A stretch of DNA of 64,000 nt, taken from contig OZ251459.1 of the NCBI GenBank assembly GCA_965242525.1, forward strand, positions 2,912,001 through 2,976,000. The letters run 5' to 3'. Below are positions 38,050 through 46,606 of the stretch, in pieces. The DNA comes from an uncultured Candidatus Binatia bacterium (lineage in GTDB: Bacteria; Desulfobacterota; Binatia; UBA9968; JAJDTQ01). A program made the position numbers and the translations under genes. The notes below the pieces were generated by a model. That model made no database searches, was not told the DNA's origin, and worked only from the letters and a program-made list of their open reading frames with translations. The number at the start of each line of letters is the position of its first letter. Position 1 is the first letter of the stretch.

Positions 38050-39303
38050 TCAGCGCTCCACCAACCGGACCCGCCGGTTGTACCAGTTCATGAACAGGGC
38101 GATGCCGAGGGAGATGGCCAGATAGACCACCATGACCAGCATCATGGCTTCGATCTCCCGCCCCGTCTGGTTCAGGGTGATGCCGCCCAGGGTGGCCACC
38201 AAGTCCATGTAGCCGATGGCGATGGCCAGGGACGAGTTCTTGGTGAGGTCCAGGTAGGACGAGGTGAGCGGCGGGACGATCACCCGCATGGCCTGGGGCA
38301 TGACCACCAGGCTCAGGACGCGCCGCCGGGGCAGCCCCAGGGACTGGGCCGCCTCGACCTGGCCCTTGTCGGTGGCGAGGATGCCGGCGCGCACGTTCTC
38401 GGCGATGAAGCCGGAGGTATAGACCGCCAGGGCCCAGGTCAGGGCCACGAGCTCGGGGGTGAGATAGACGCCGCCCTGGAAGTTGAAGCCCCGGAGCTCG
38501 GGTATCTCGAAGGAGACGGTGGCGCCCACCGCAACGAAGGTCAGCACCGGCAGGCCCAGGAGCAGGGCCGCGGAGATCCAGCCTCCGGGGAGCTGGCGGC
38601 CGGTGGCCTCCCGCACCCGGCGCACCCGGCGGCGCACCCGGAACACGGCCGCTACGGCCGCAACCGCGGCCAGGGCCACCCACGTGAAGCCGGACTCGAA
38701 CATCGGCCGGGGAACGTAGAAGCCCCGGTTGGTGAGGAACGCGACCTCGCCCAACTCGATGGCCTCCCGGGGATGGGGCAGCGTGTTGATGGCGACGCCG
38801 TGCCAGAGCAGGATGAGCAGGAGCACCGGGGTGTTGCGGTTGAACTCCACGTAGAGGTAGGCGAGGCGCGAGGCCAGCCAGTTCTCCGACAGCCGGAGGA
38901 TGCCCACCAGGAACCCCAGCACCGTGGCCAGCGCGATGCCCACCAGCGCCACCAGCCCCGTGTTGATGAGGCCCACCAGCGCCGCCCGCAGGTGCGTGTC
39001 CCGGTTGCTGTACTCGATCAGGGTCTGGTTGATGTCGTAGTTGGCGGGCAGTTGCCAGAGGAAACTGAAACCGAAGGTCTTGTCGAGGGCGGCGTAGTTG
39101 GCGACGACGTTGCCGATCATCCAGGCGACGGACGCGAACACCGCGAACACCACCATGATCTGGACGGCCACGCCGTGCACGGTCTCGTCGCGCCACAGGC
39201 GCCCCGCACGCGACAACGCGCCTGACACGGTGTTGTGAGGTTTCGCCACGCCCGGCGTCGGGCGTGAAGCCGTGTGGAGCCGGGGCGGCCCCACACGGCT
39301 CAC
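38050..39303 (-). CDS. aapQ: General L-amino acid ABC transporter permease (start uncertain)
   Basis: GF.FL...A..DI, RLS.NWL, YVE..RN.P, GFNF.GG, KNSSLAIAIGY.D. Confidence 0.9.
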   Translation of the reverse strand: MSRVGPPRLHTASRPTPGVAKPHNTVSGALSRAGRLWRDETVHGVAVQIMVVFAVFASVAWMIGNVVANYAALDKTFGFSFLWQLPANYDINQTLIEYSNRDTHLRAALVGLINTGLVALVGIALATVLGFLVGILRLSENWLASRLAYLYVEFNRNTPVLLLILLWHGVAINTLPHPREAIELGEVAFLTNRGFYVPRPMFESGFTWVALAAVAAVAAVFRVRRRVRRVREATGRQLPGGWISAALLLGLPVLTFVAVGATVSFEIPELRGFNFQGGVYLTPELVALTWALAVYTSGFIAENVRAGILATDKGQVEAAQSLGLPRRRVLSLVVMPQAMRVIVPPLTSSYLDLTKNSSLAIAIGYMDLVATLGGITLNQTGREIEAMMLVMVVYLAISLGIALFMNWYNRRVRLVER

Positions 39304-39328
39304 GCGTCGAGGAAGGCCCCCTCCGGGC

Positions 39329-40369
39329 CTACCGGAAGGGCGGAGCGTAGATCAGCCCGCCGTCCGTCCACTGGGCGTTGACGCCCCGGCCCAGACCGAT
39401 GGGCGTATCCTTGCCGATGTTGGCCTCGAAGGACTCGCCGTAGTTGCCCACCTGTGCGATGACGTTCACCGCCCAGTCCCTGGACAGGCCCAGCGTCTCC
39501 CGGCCCTGCAACTCTTCGTTGCCCAGCAGGCGGTTGATCTCCGGGTTCTTGGTGCCTTCCGCCATCTTCTTCGCGTTCTTGGAGGTGACGCCCATCTCCT
39601 CCGCGGCGATCATGGCGTTGAGGGTCCAGCGGACGATGTCCGCCCACTGGTCGTCGCCCTGCCGCACCAGCGGACCCAGGGGCTCCTTGGAGATGACCTC
39701 GGGCAGCACCACGTGCGCATCGGGGTCGTCCAGCGCCGCCCGCGTGGCCGCAAGGCCCGAACGGTCGGTGGTATAGACGTCGCAACGACCGGCCAGGTAG
39801 TTCGTGCGCGCTTCGGAGTTGGTCTCGATGGGCACCGGCTCGTACTTCTTGTCGTTCGCCCGGAAGAAGTCCGCGAGGTTCAGCTCGGTGGTGGTGCCGG
39901 TCTGGATGCAGACGGAGGCCCCGTCCAGGTCCTTGGCGGACTCGACGTTGAGCTTCCTGGGGACCATGAAGCCCTGGCCATCGTAGTAGTTCACGCCCAC
40001 GAAGGTGAACTGCAAGTCCACGTCCCGGCTGAAGGTCCAGGTGGTGTTGCGCGACAGCATGTCGATCTCGCCGGACCGCAGGGCGGTGAAGCGCGTCTTG
40101 CCGGTGAGGTTGGTGTACTTGACCTTGTCGGCGTCGCCGAACACCGCGGCCGCCACCGCCCGGCACACGTCCACGTCGAAGCCCCGCCACACGCCCTTGT
40201 CGTCCGGCGCGGCAAAGCCCACCAGTCCGGTGTTGATGCCGCATTGCAGGTGGCCGCGCTTGCGGACGTCGTCCAGCGTACCCGCCGCGGCGTAGGACGC
40301 CGCCAGCGCCGCCGCCACCAGCGCGGCAAGGCCGCTCGAAAATACACGCAAGGATCTCTTCCTCTTCAT
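39329..40369 (-). CDS. aapJ: General L-amino acid ABC transporter substrate-binding protein
   Basis: RNTTWT.SRD, NYYDGQGF, GTTTELNL.D, ISKEPLGP, VGNYGE.F, YAPP.R. Confidence 0.93.
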   Translation of the reverse strand: MKRKRSLRVFSSGLAALVAAALAASYAAAGTLDDVRKRGHLQCGINTGLVGFAAPDDKGVWRGFDVDVCRAVAAAVFGDADKVKYTNLTGKTRFTALRSGEIDMLSRNTTWTFSRDVDLQFTFVGVNYYDGQGFMVPRKLNVESAKDLDGASVCIQTGTTTELNLADFFRANDKKYEPVPIETNSEARTNYLAGRCDVYTTDRSGLAATRAALDDPDAHVVLPEVISKEPLGPLVRQGDDQWADIVRWTLNAMIAAEEMGVTSKNAKKMAEGTKNPEINRLLGNEELQGRETLGLSRDWAVNVIAQVGNYGESFEANIGKDTPIGLGRGVNAQWTDGGLIYAPPFR

Positions 40370-40444
40370 GGGTGCCCTCCTGTGAGAATTTTGGGCAACC
40401 ATAGTAACTGAACTCCGCTTTTGCAACCCGCGCTGCCGCGTCCC

Positions 40445-40474
40445 TTGACACCGCAATCGGCTACCGGATACATT
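40445..40474 (+). promoter_or_regulatory. Sigma70-like promoter of the ATP-grasp operon
   Basis: TTGACA-N18-TACATT. Confidence 0.45.
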
Positions 40475-40506
40475 CCGGGGGAACGCCGAGTTGGGAGAAC
40501 GCTCGA

Positions 40507-42033
40507 ATGGCGCCCGATAAGTCCACGGTCCGACCCCCGTCAGCTTCCCCGATCCCGCCTCCGGGTTCGGGCGGCGCCGACGTGTCCCGACCGGGCATGG
40601 GGGCGTTCGCCACGTACGAGCTCGACGAGCGCTTCTACGACGAGATGTTCGAGTCGGACGGGAGCCCGCGGGAGGCGTCCCGACGCCTCAACGGGGCGCT
40701 GACGGAACTCACCCCCGAGGACCTCACCAAGTTCCAGGAAGGCGTCTATCGACACTTCCTGCACGAAGGCATCACCTTTACGGTCCTCGACGCCGACCAG
40801 GCCACCGACAAGATCATCCCCATCGACTGCGTGCCCCGGCTGCTGACCGCGGCCGAGTGGGACCACGTGGAGCGGGGCCTCAAGCAGCGCCTGGCGGCCC
40901 TCAACCTGTTCCTCAAGGACGTGTACCACGAGGGCCGTTGCCTGCGGGACAAGGTGGTGCCCATCGACCTGGTGCTCGGCTGCCCGCAATACCGCATGGA
41001 GATGCGCGGGGTGAAGGTCCCCCACGACGTCTACGTGGCCGTGTGCGGCACCGACCTCATCCGCACCCACGAAGGGTTCGCGGTGCTGGAGGACAACCTG
41101 CGGGTCCCCTCCGGGGTGTCCTACATGCTCGCCTGCCGCAACGCCACCAAGGACGCGTTCCCCAAGCTGTACCGCGCCCACCGGGTGCGCGAGGTGGCCG
41201 ATTACGCCCAGCGCCTCTATTCCGTCCTCGCCTCCCTGAGCCCCTCGTGGGACCGCCCGAACATGGCGGTGCTGACCCCGGGCATGTACAACGCCGCCTA
41301 TTACGAGCACGCCTTCCTCGCCGGCGAGATGGGCATCGACCTGGTGGAGGGGCAGGATCTGGTCATGCGCGACGCCGCCCTGTATGCGCGCACCACGTCC
41401 GGACTCCGCCGCGTGGACGTGCTCTACCGGCGCGTGGACGACCACTTCCTGGACCCGGTGACGTTCTGGGGCGAATCGATCCTCGGGGCCCCGGGCCTCT
41501 TCCACGCCTACCGGTCCGGCAACCTGGCCCTGGCCAACGCCCCCGGCACCGGGGTGGCGGACGACAAGAGCCTGTACGCCTACGTCCCGAAGATCATCCG
41601 CTACTTCCTCGACCAAGAGCCGATCCTGAACAACGTGGAGACCTACCTCTGCCGGGAGGACGAAGGGTTGGCCTACACCCTGGATCACCTCCCCGAGCTG
41701 GTGGTCAAGGAAGTGGGCGGAGCGGGCGGCTACGGGATGCTGGTGGGGCCCCACGCATCCGCGGACGAACGCGCCCGATACGCCGAGCGGCTGCGCGCCG
41801 ACCCGTCGAACTTCATTGCGCAGCCGGTGCAGGGCCTTTCCCGGGCCCCGTGCTTCGTGGACGGGGTCATCGAGCCGCGCCACGTGGACCTGCGCCCCTT
41901 CGTGCTGCAGGGGCGCAGCGAGCAGCACGTGGTCCCGGGCGGGCTGTGCCGGGTCGCGCTCCGGCGCGGCAGCCTGGTGGTGAACTCCAGCCAGGGAGGC
42001 GGCTGCAAGGACTTATGGATCCTGGACGACTAG
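40507..42033 (+). CDS. Circularly permuted type 2 ATP-grasp protein
   Basis: YDEM, GITF, LEDNLRVPSGVSY, AYYEH, YRRVDD.FLDP, NAPG.GVADDK, VVNSSQGGG.KD.W. Confidence 0.93.
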   Translation: MAPDKSTVRPPSASPIPPPGSGGADVSRPGMGAFATYELDERFYDEMFESDGSPREASRRLNGALTELTPEDLTKFQEGVYRHFLHEGITFTVLDADQATDKIIPIDCVPRLLTAAEWDHVERGLKQRLAALNLFLKDVYHEGRCLRDKVVPIDLVLGCPQYRMEMRGVKVPHDVYVAVCGTDLIRTHEGFAVLEDNLRVPSGVSYMLACRNATKDAFPKLYRAHRVREVADYAQRLYSVLASLSPSWDRPNMAVLTPGMYNAAYYEHAFLAGEMGIDLVEGQDLVMRDAALYARTTSGLRRVDVLYRRVDDHFLDPVTFWGESILGAPGLFHAYRSGNLALANAPGTGVADDKSLYAYVPKIIRYFLDQEPILNNVETYLCREDEGLAYTLDHLPELVVKEVGGAGGYGMLVGPHASADERARYAERLRADPSNFIAQPVQGLSRAPCFVDGVIEPRHVDLRPFVLQGRSEQHVVPGGLCRVALRRGSLVVNSSQGGGCKDLWILDD

Positions 42034-42046
42034 CGAGGTCTGGACC

Positions 42047-43024
42047 GTGCTGGCGCGGGTAGCCGCGGACTTCTACTGGCTGGGCCGCCACGTGGAGCGC
42101 ATCGAGCACACCGCGGGGCTGCTCCGGTTCCAGCTCACCCGGCTGGTGGACCGGCCCGCGGACGAGTTGGCGGTGGGGTGGCAGGCCGTATACCAGGCGC
42201 TGGGACAGGCCCCGCCGGGGGTGGACACCAGCATCGGAGAGGCCGAGAACTTCCTCATCGCCGACGCCTACACCCTCGCCGGCAACCTCGTGGAGGAGAC
42301 CGCGAACCCGGACTCCCTGCTGTCGTGCTGGCAGCGCGGACGCGAGAACGCCCAGCGGGTGCGGGCGCAGCTCCCGCTGCCGGTATGGACCTGCCTCAAC
42401 CAGGGCTACCTCTGGCTCCGGGACAGCAACTTCGCCCTGACCTGGGCGCAGGGGCCGGCCGCGCTGGTGCGCGAGACCATCGACCGCTTGCGGATGCTGG
42501 CCGGCGTGGTGGACGACACCATGGCCCGGGACGACGCGTGGCGCTTCCTCGAACTCGGCCGGTTCATCGAACGGATACAGCACCAGGCCGGCCTCATCGG
42601 TTGCTGGATCGAGTTCAGCCGGGACGACCGGAGCGACGCCGCCCTTTCGTGGGCGGACCTGCTGCGCGTGTGCGGCGCGTACGAGACCTACTGCCGCCGC
42701 TACTCCACCCGGGTCGAGCGGGAAGAAGCCCTGGGCCTGCTCACCCGGCAACCCGAGATCCCCCGCTCACTGCGTTTCTCGGTCCAGCGCATTGACGAGA
42801 TGCTCGCCGGCATCGACCCTGTGGGCGCCCACCACCCCCTGGCCCCGCCCCACCGGATGGCGCTTCGCATCGCCGCGGCCATCGAGGTCGAGGCCACCCG
42901 GCTCTCCGGCGCCGCGGAATCGAGCGGGTTCTTCCAATCCATGGAGGAGCATGGTCGAACCCTCCACGACCTGGCCATGGCCTCCTACGTCGATCATTCC
43001 CTGGCGGAGGAGCTGCCTTCGTGA
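42047..43024 (+). CDS. Alpha-E domain protein
   Basis: MLARVA...YW.GR..ER.E, RENA..VR, GR.IER, PRSL. Confidence 0.9.
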   Translation: MLARVAADFYWLGRHVERIEHTAGLLRFQLTRLVDRPADELAVGWQAVYQALGQAPPGVDTSIGEAENFLIADAYTLAGNLVEETANPDSLLSCWQRGRENAQRVRAQLPLPVWTCLNQGYLWLRDSNFALTWAQGPAALVRETIDRLRMLAGVVDDTMARDDAWRFLELGRFIERIQHQAGLIGCWIEFSRDDRSDAALSWADLLRVCGAYETYCRRYSTRVEREEALGLLTRQPEIPRSLRFSVQRIDEMLAGIDPVGAHHPLAPPHRMALRIAAAIEVEATRLSGAAESSGFFQSMEEHGRTLHDLAMASYVDHSLAEELPS

Positions 43025-43905
43025 TCGCAACCTACGCCATCGAGCACACCCTGCGGTTCGACTACGCCGCGCCGGTGCGGGCGTCGGTGATGACGCTGTA
43101 CCTGTGCCCGGTCCGCAACCGGGCCCAGACGGTCCGGGACTTCTCCGTCCAGACCGACCCGGACGGCCCGCTGTTCGAGTTCACCGACCCGTTCGGCAAT
43201 ACGGGCCACTTCCTGGACCGGCTCCGGGCCCACGAGCGCCTCGGCATTACCGCCCGTTCCACCGTGGAGGTGGGGCCGCTCGCGCCGGCCCCGGAGCGCC
43301 TGGACGCCGACGCCGCCGAGCGCCTCCGCCGGGCGGTGGACACGGTGGAACTCTGGCCCATGGCGCATCCCAGCAGCTTCGTGGGCTCCAACCCGGCCCT
43401 GGAGAAGTTCATGGCGAAGCACGACATCGCGCCGGGGGGCGACCTCCTCGCGAGCGCGAGGGAGCTCTGCGGGAAGCTCCATCGGGCGTTCGAGTACGTC
43501 CCGGGCCATACCTGCGTGGATTCGCCCATCGAGCAGATCCTCGAAACCGGCAGGGGGGTGTGCCAGGACTATGCCCACGTGATGGCTTCCATCCTGCGCG
43601 GCTGGGGCGTCCCGTGCCGTTACGTGTCGGGCTACCTCGGGCCTCCCGACCGGGGCGTGGCCAAGGGCGAGAGCCACGCGTGGGTGGAATGCTGGTTCCC
43701 GGGCCTCGGGTGGACGGGGTTCGACCCCACCAACGACACCGTAGGGGACGAGCGCCACATCCGGGTGGCGGTGGGCCGGGACTACGCGGACGTGCCGCCC
43801 AGCCGGGGCGTCTTCCGGGGCGCTTCGGACTCGGCCCTGGAGTCCGAGGTGGTCATCGAACGACTCCACGACGCGGACTCGCCCGGAGAAGACCCCTGGA
43901 ACTGA
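43021..43905 (+). CDS. Transglutaminase family protein
   Basis: D.FGN, GVCQDYAH, RYVSGY, SHAW.E, FDPTN, GRDY.DV.P. Confidence 0.92.
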   Translation: MIATYAIEHTLRFDYAAPVRASVMTLYLCPVRNRAQTVRDFSVQTDPDGPLFEFTDPFGNTGHFLDRLRAHERLGITARSTVEVGPLAPAPERLDADAAERLRRAVDTVELWPMAHPSSFVGSNPALEKFMAKHDIAPGGDLLASARELCGKLHRAFEYVPGHTCVDSPIEQILETGRGVCQDYAHVMASILRGWGVPCRYVSGYLGPPDRGVAKGESHAWVECWFPGLGWTGFDPTNDTVGDERHIRVAVGRDYADVPPSRGVFRGASDSALESEVVIERLHDADSPGEDPWN

Positions 43906-44062
43906 ACGCCGGAAACCCCGGCTTGGTGAAGGACCCTGGAACTGAATAGCGGAAACCCCGGACGCCCCCCGTTCGTCCCGGGCAAAGCAAAGTTTCCCGT
44001 TCGTTCCGAGCGAAGCGAAATTTTCCGTTCGTCCTGAGCGTAGCGAAGTCGAAGGACGCGCT
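43888..44062. repeat. ~34-bp direct duplication of the transglutaminase 3' end, followed by truncated REP copies
   Basis: GAAG..CCCTGGAACTGAA...CGGAAACCCCGG at 43888 and 43928; three CCGTTCGT starts between 43968 and 44062. Confidence 0.7.
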
Positions 44063-44110
44063 TTCGCGCAGAGGGAACGAACTAAAAACAGGAATCAACA
44101 GGAGGCAGAC

Positions 44111-45529
44111 ATGAGCAACGACCCACATGGACCACGTGACCGCGGCCGCGGCGAGAGGCTTCGCCGCACGGCGACCGCGGCCGGACTGCTCGCCGCGTCA
44201 GGCGTGCTCCTGTCCGCGACCGCCGCGGACGCAGCCGTCATCGACAAGGAGACCCAGTTCACGCTGAACACCTTTGCCTTCCTCGTCTGGGGCGCCCTCG
44301 TGATGTGGATGTGCGCGGGCTTCACCATGCTGGAGTCGGGCTCGGTGCGCACCAAGAACGTGTCCATGATCTGCCTCAAGAACTTCGGCCTCTACTCCAT
44401 CGCGGGGCTGATGTACTACATCATCGGCTACAACCTCATGTACGTGGACGTGGGGAACGTGATCGGCTCCTTCATCCCGTTCTACGGTCCTTCGGCCGAC
44501 GAGATCGCCCTGTTGGGCGACAACGAGGAGGCCCTCGCCGCGGTCCTGAAGACCGACTACGCCGTCATGTCGGACTGGTTCTTCCAGATGGTCTTCGTGG
44601 CCACCACCGCGTCCATCGTCTCCGGCGCCCTGGCGGAGCGGGTGAACCTGTGGTCCTTCTTCATCTTCATCGCCCTCTTGACCGCCATCGTCTATCCCAT
44701 CGTCGGCGCCTGGACCTGGGGCGGGGGCTGGCTCGGCTCCATGGGCTTCAAGGACTTCGCCGGATCCACCATCGTGCACTCCACCGGCGGCTGGGCCGCC
44801 CTGGCGGGCGCCCTCGTGGTGGGGCCGAGAAGGGGCAAGTTCCGGGCCGACGGCAGCGTCAAGATCACGCCGCCCTCGAACATCCCCATCGTGACGTTGG
44901 GCGTCTTCATCCTGTGGCTCGGCTGGTTCGGCTTCAACGGCGGCTCGCAGCTCGCCCTGGGCGGCGCCAAGGACGCAGTGGCCATCAGCCACCTGCTGGT
45001 GAACACCAACCTTGCCGGGGCCGCAGGGTTCCTCGTGGCCCTCATCATCGCGCGGCCCATCCTCGGGCGCATCGACCTGCTGGCCGGCCTCAACGGCGCC
45101 ATCGCGGGGCTCGTGGCCATCACCGCAGGACCGGACTTCGTGGCCCACTACTGGTCGATCATCATCGGCGCCATCGGCGGCGCGGTGTGCGTCGCCGGCC
45201 TGAAGTTGCTGGAGACCGTCAAGCTGGACGACGTGGTGGGCGCCATCCCGGCCCACCTGTTCGCCGGCGTCTGGGGCACCTTGGCCACCTGCATCGTCGC
45301 CGGGGGCAACTTCGGCGTGCAGCTCCTCGGGATCGTGGCGGTGGGCGTGTTCGTGTTCGCGGTCTCCTGGCTGCTGTGGCAAGCCATCGACCGGACCCTG
45401 GGAGCCCGGGTCTCGCAAGCGGTCGAGGAGCTCGGCCAGGACGCGGGAGAGCTCGGCATCGAGGCATATCCCGAGTTCGTGGTCATGCCCGACCCGGACG
45501 ACGCAGCCGAGGTCCGCAGCAAGAACTGA
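44111..45529 (+). CDS. amtB: Ammonium transporter
   Basis: GF.MLE.G.VR.KN, FFQ..F, SG..AER, W.W.GGWL, DFAGSTIVH, W.GWFGFNGGS, DD..GA...H. Confidence 0.95.
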   Translation: MSNDPHGPRDRGRGERLRRTATAAGLLAASGVLLSATAADAAVIDKETQFTLNTFAFLVWGALVMWMCAGFTMLESGSVRTKNVSMICLKNFGLYSIAGLMYYIIGYNLMYVDVGNVIGSFIPFYGPSADEIALLGDNEEALAAVLKTDYAVMSDWFFQMVFVATTASIVSGALAERVNLWSFFIFIALLTAIVYPIVGAWTWGGGWLGSMGFKDFAGSTIVHSTGGWAALAGALVVGPRRGKFRADGSVKITPPSNIPIVTLGVFILWLGWFGFNGGSQLALGGAKDAVAISHLLVNTNLAGAAGFLVALIIARPILGRIDLLAGLNGAIAGLVAITAGPDFVAHYWSIIIGAIGGAVCVAGLKLLETVKLDDVVGAIPAHLFAGVWGTLATCIVAGGNFGVQLLGIVAVGVFVFAVSWLLWQAIDRTLGARVSQAVEELGQDAGELGIEAYPEFVVMPDPDDAAEVRSKN

Positions 45530-45639
45530 CCCCGCATCCCCTGCACGGGCGGCGCGCCGGGAAGGACCGGCGCGCCGCCCGTGTCACGCTCCGGCCCGCA
45601 CCGCGGCATTCGGCCCGGTTCCCTCTTCCTGCGGGAAAA

Positions 45640-46497
45640 CGCGTCCTTCGACTTCGCTTCGCTACGCTCAGGACGAACGGGGGCGGTTGCTCGCCTTTCC
45701 ATCCAGTTTGATGGTTGTTCCGCCCTTCGCCAGTAAGGTAGGGACCATCTGAACAATCGAGACATCCAGGAGGAATTCCCGATTCCCTCACCCTGACCCC
45801 TGTCTCCGTTCGTCCTGAGCGTAGCGAAGCGAAGTCGAAGGACGCGCTCATGCTCCCTGTCCCGATTGTTCAGAGGTTCCGTATAAGGCGAAGGGAGAGC
45901 GAAAAGGATCACGCGGTCATTGCTCCACAGACGCCTGCCCCGTCATTCCCGCAGACGCCTCACCCTTCGTCATTCCCGCGAAAGCCCACACCCCGTCATT
46001 CCCGCGAAAGCGGGAATCCATCCGGTTTCCTCGCCTCGTTGTACAAACCTCATTTCCTGACTGCCTTTCCTCTCTGGATAGTGCTTTCCATGGGTTCAGG
46101 GACCTCGTATCCAACCGGTGCATAGTGATGCGTGGCGCGATGGGGTTGGGTCGGAAGGATGGAAACACGGAGAGTTTTCACAAGAATGGATGGATTCCCG
46201 CTTTCGCGGGAATGACGGGGTATGGGCATCTGCGGGAATGACGGGGTATGGGCATCTGCGGGAATGACGGGTGTGGGCATCTGCGGGAATGACGGAGGGA
46301 ACCTCTGGACAATCGAGACATCCGGGATGGATTCCCAATTCCTTCATCCTGACCCCTATCCCCGTTCGTCCTGAGCGTAGCGAAGCGGAGTCCTCCATTC
46401 ATCCTGAGCGTAGCGAAGCGAAGTCGAAGGACGCGCTCATGCCCCCCGTCCCGATTGTTCAGAGGTTCCGGAGGGTGGGCTTTCGCAGGGATGACGG
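45640..46497. repeat. Composite repeat cluster: REP core, two MITEs (45741-45881, 46297-46470) and inverted tandem GTCATTCCCGC arrays flanking a ~170-bp unique spacer
   Basis: Read directly; the 45741 MITE is flanked by TA on both sides. Confidence 0.88.
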
Positions 46498-46606
46498 AAG
46501 GTGGGGCGTCTGCGACGCCAAACCGAGGACGGCAGGGTCGAAATGGGAGTGGGTCGGAGTTCTCCGCTATACTCGGCCGGGGCGCGGCGCGGGGGCGCCG
46601 CTTCGA

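Noticed and set aside
40421-40440. Sigma54 promoter for aapJ (GGCAG...TTGC on the minus strand)
   Set aside because: GG-to-GC spacing is 11 nt rather than the required 10.
45916-46295. Possible CRISPR array or small ORFs (VIPADAH..., MDSRFRGND)
   Set aside because: These are translations of palindromic repeats; the spacing is too short and the arrays are inverted.
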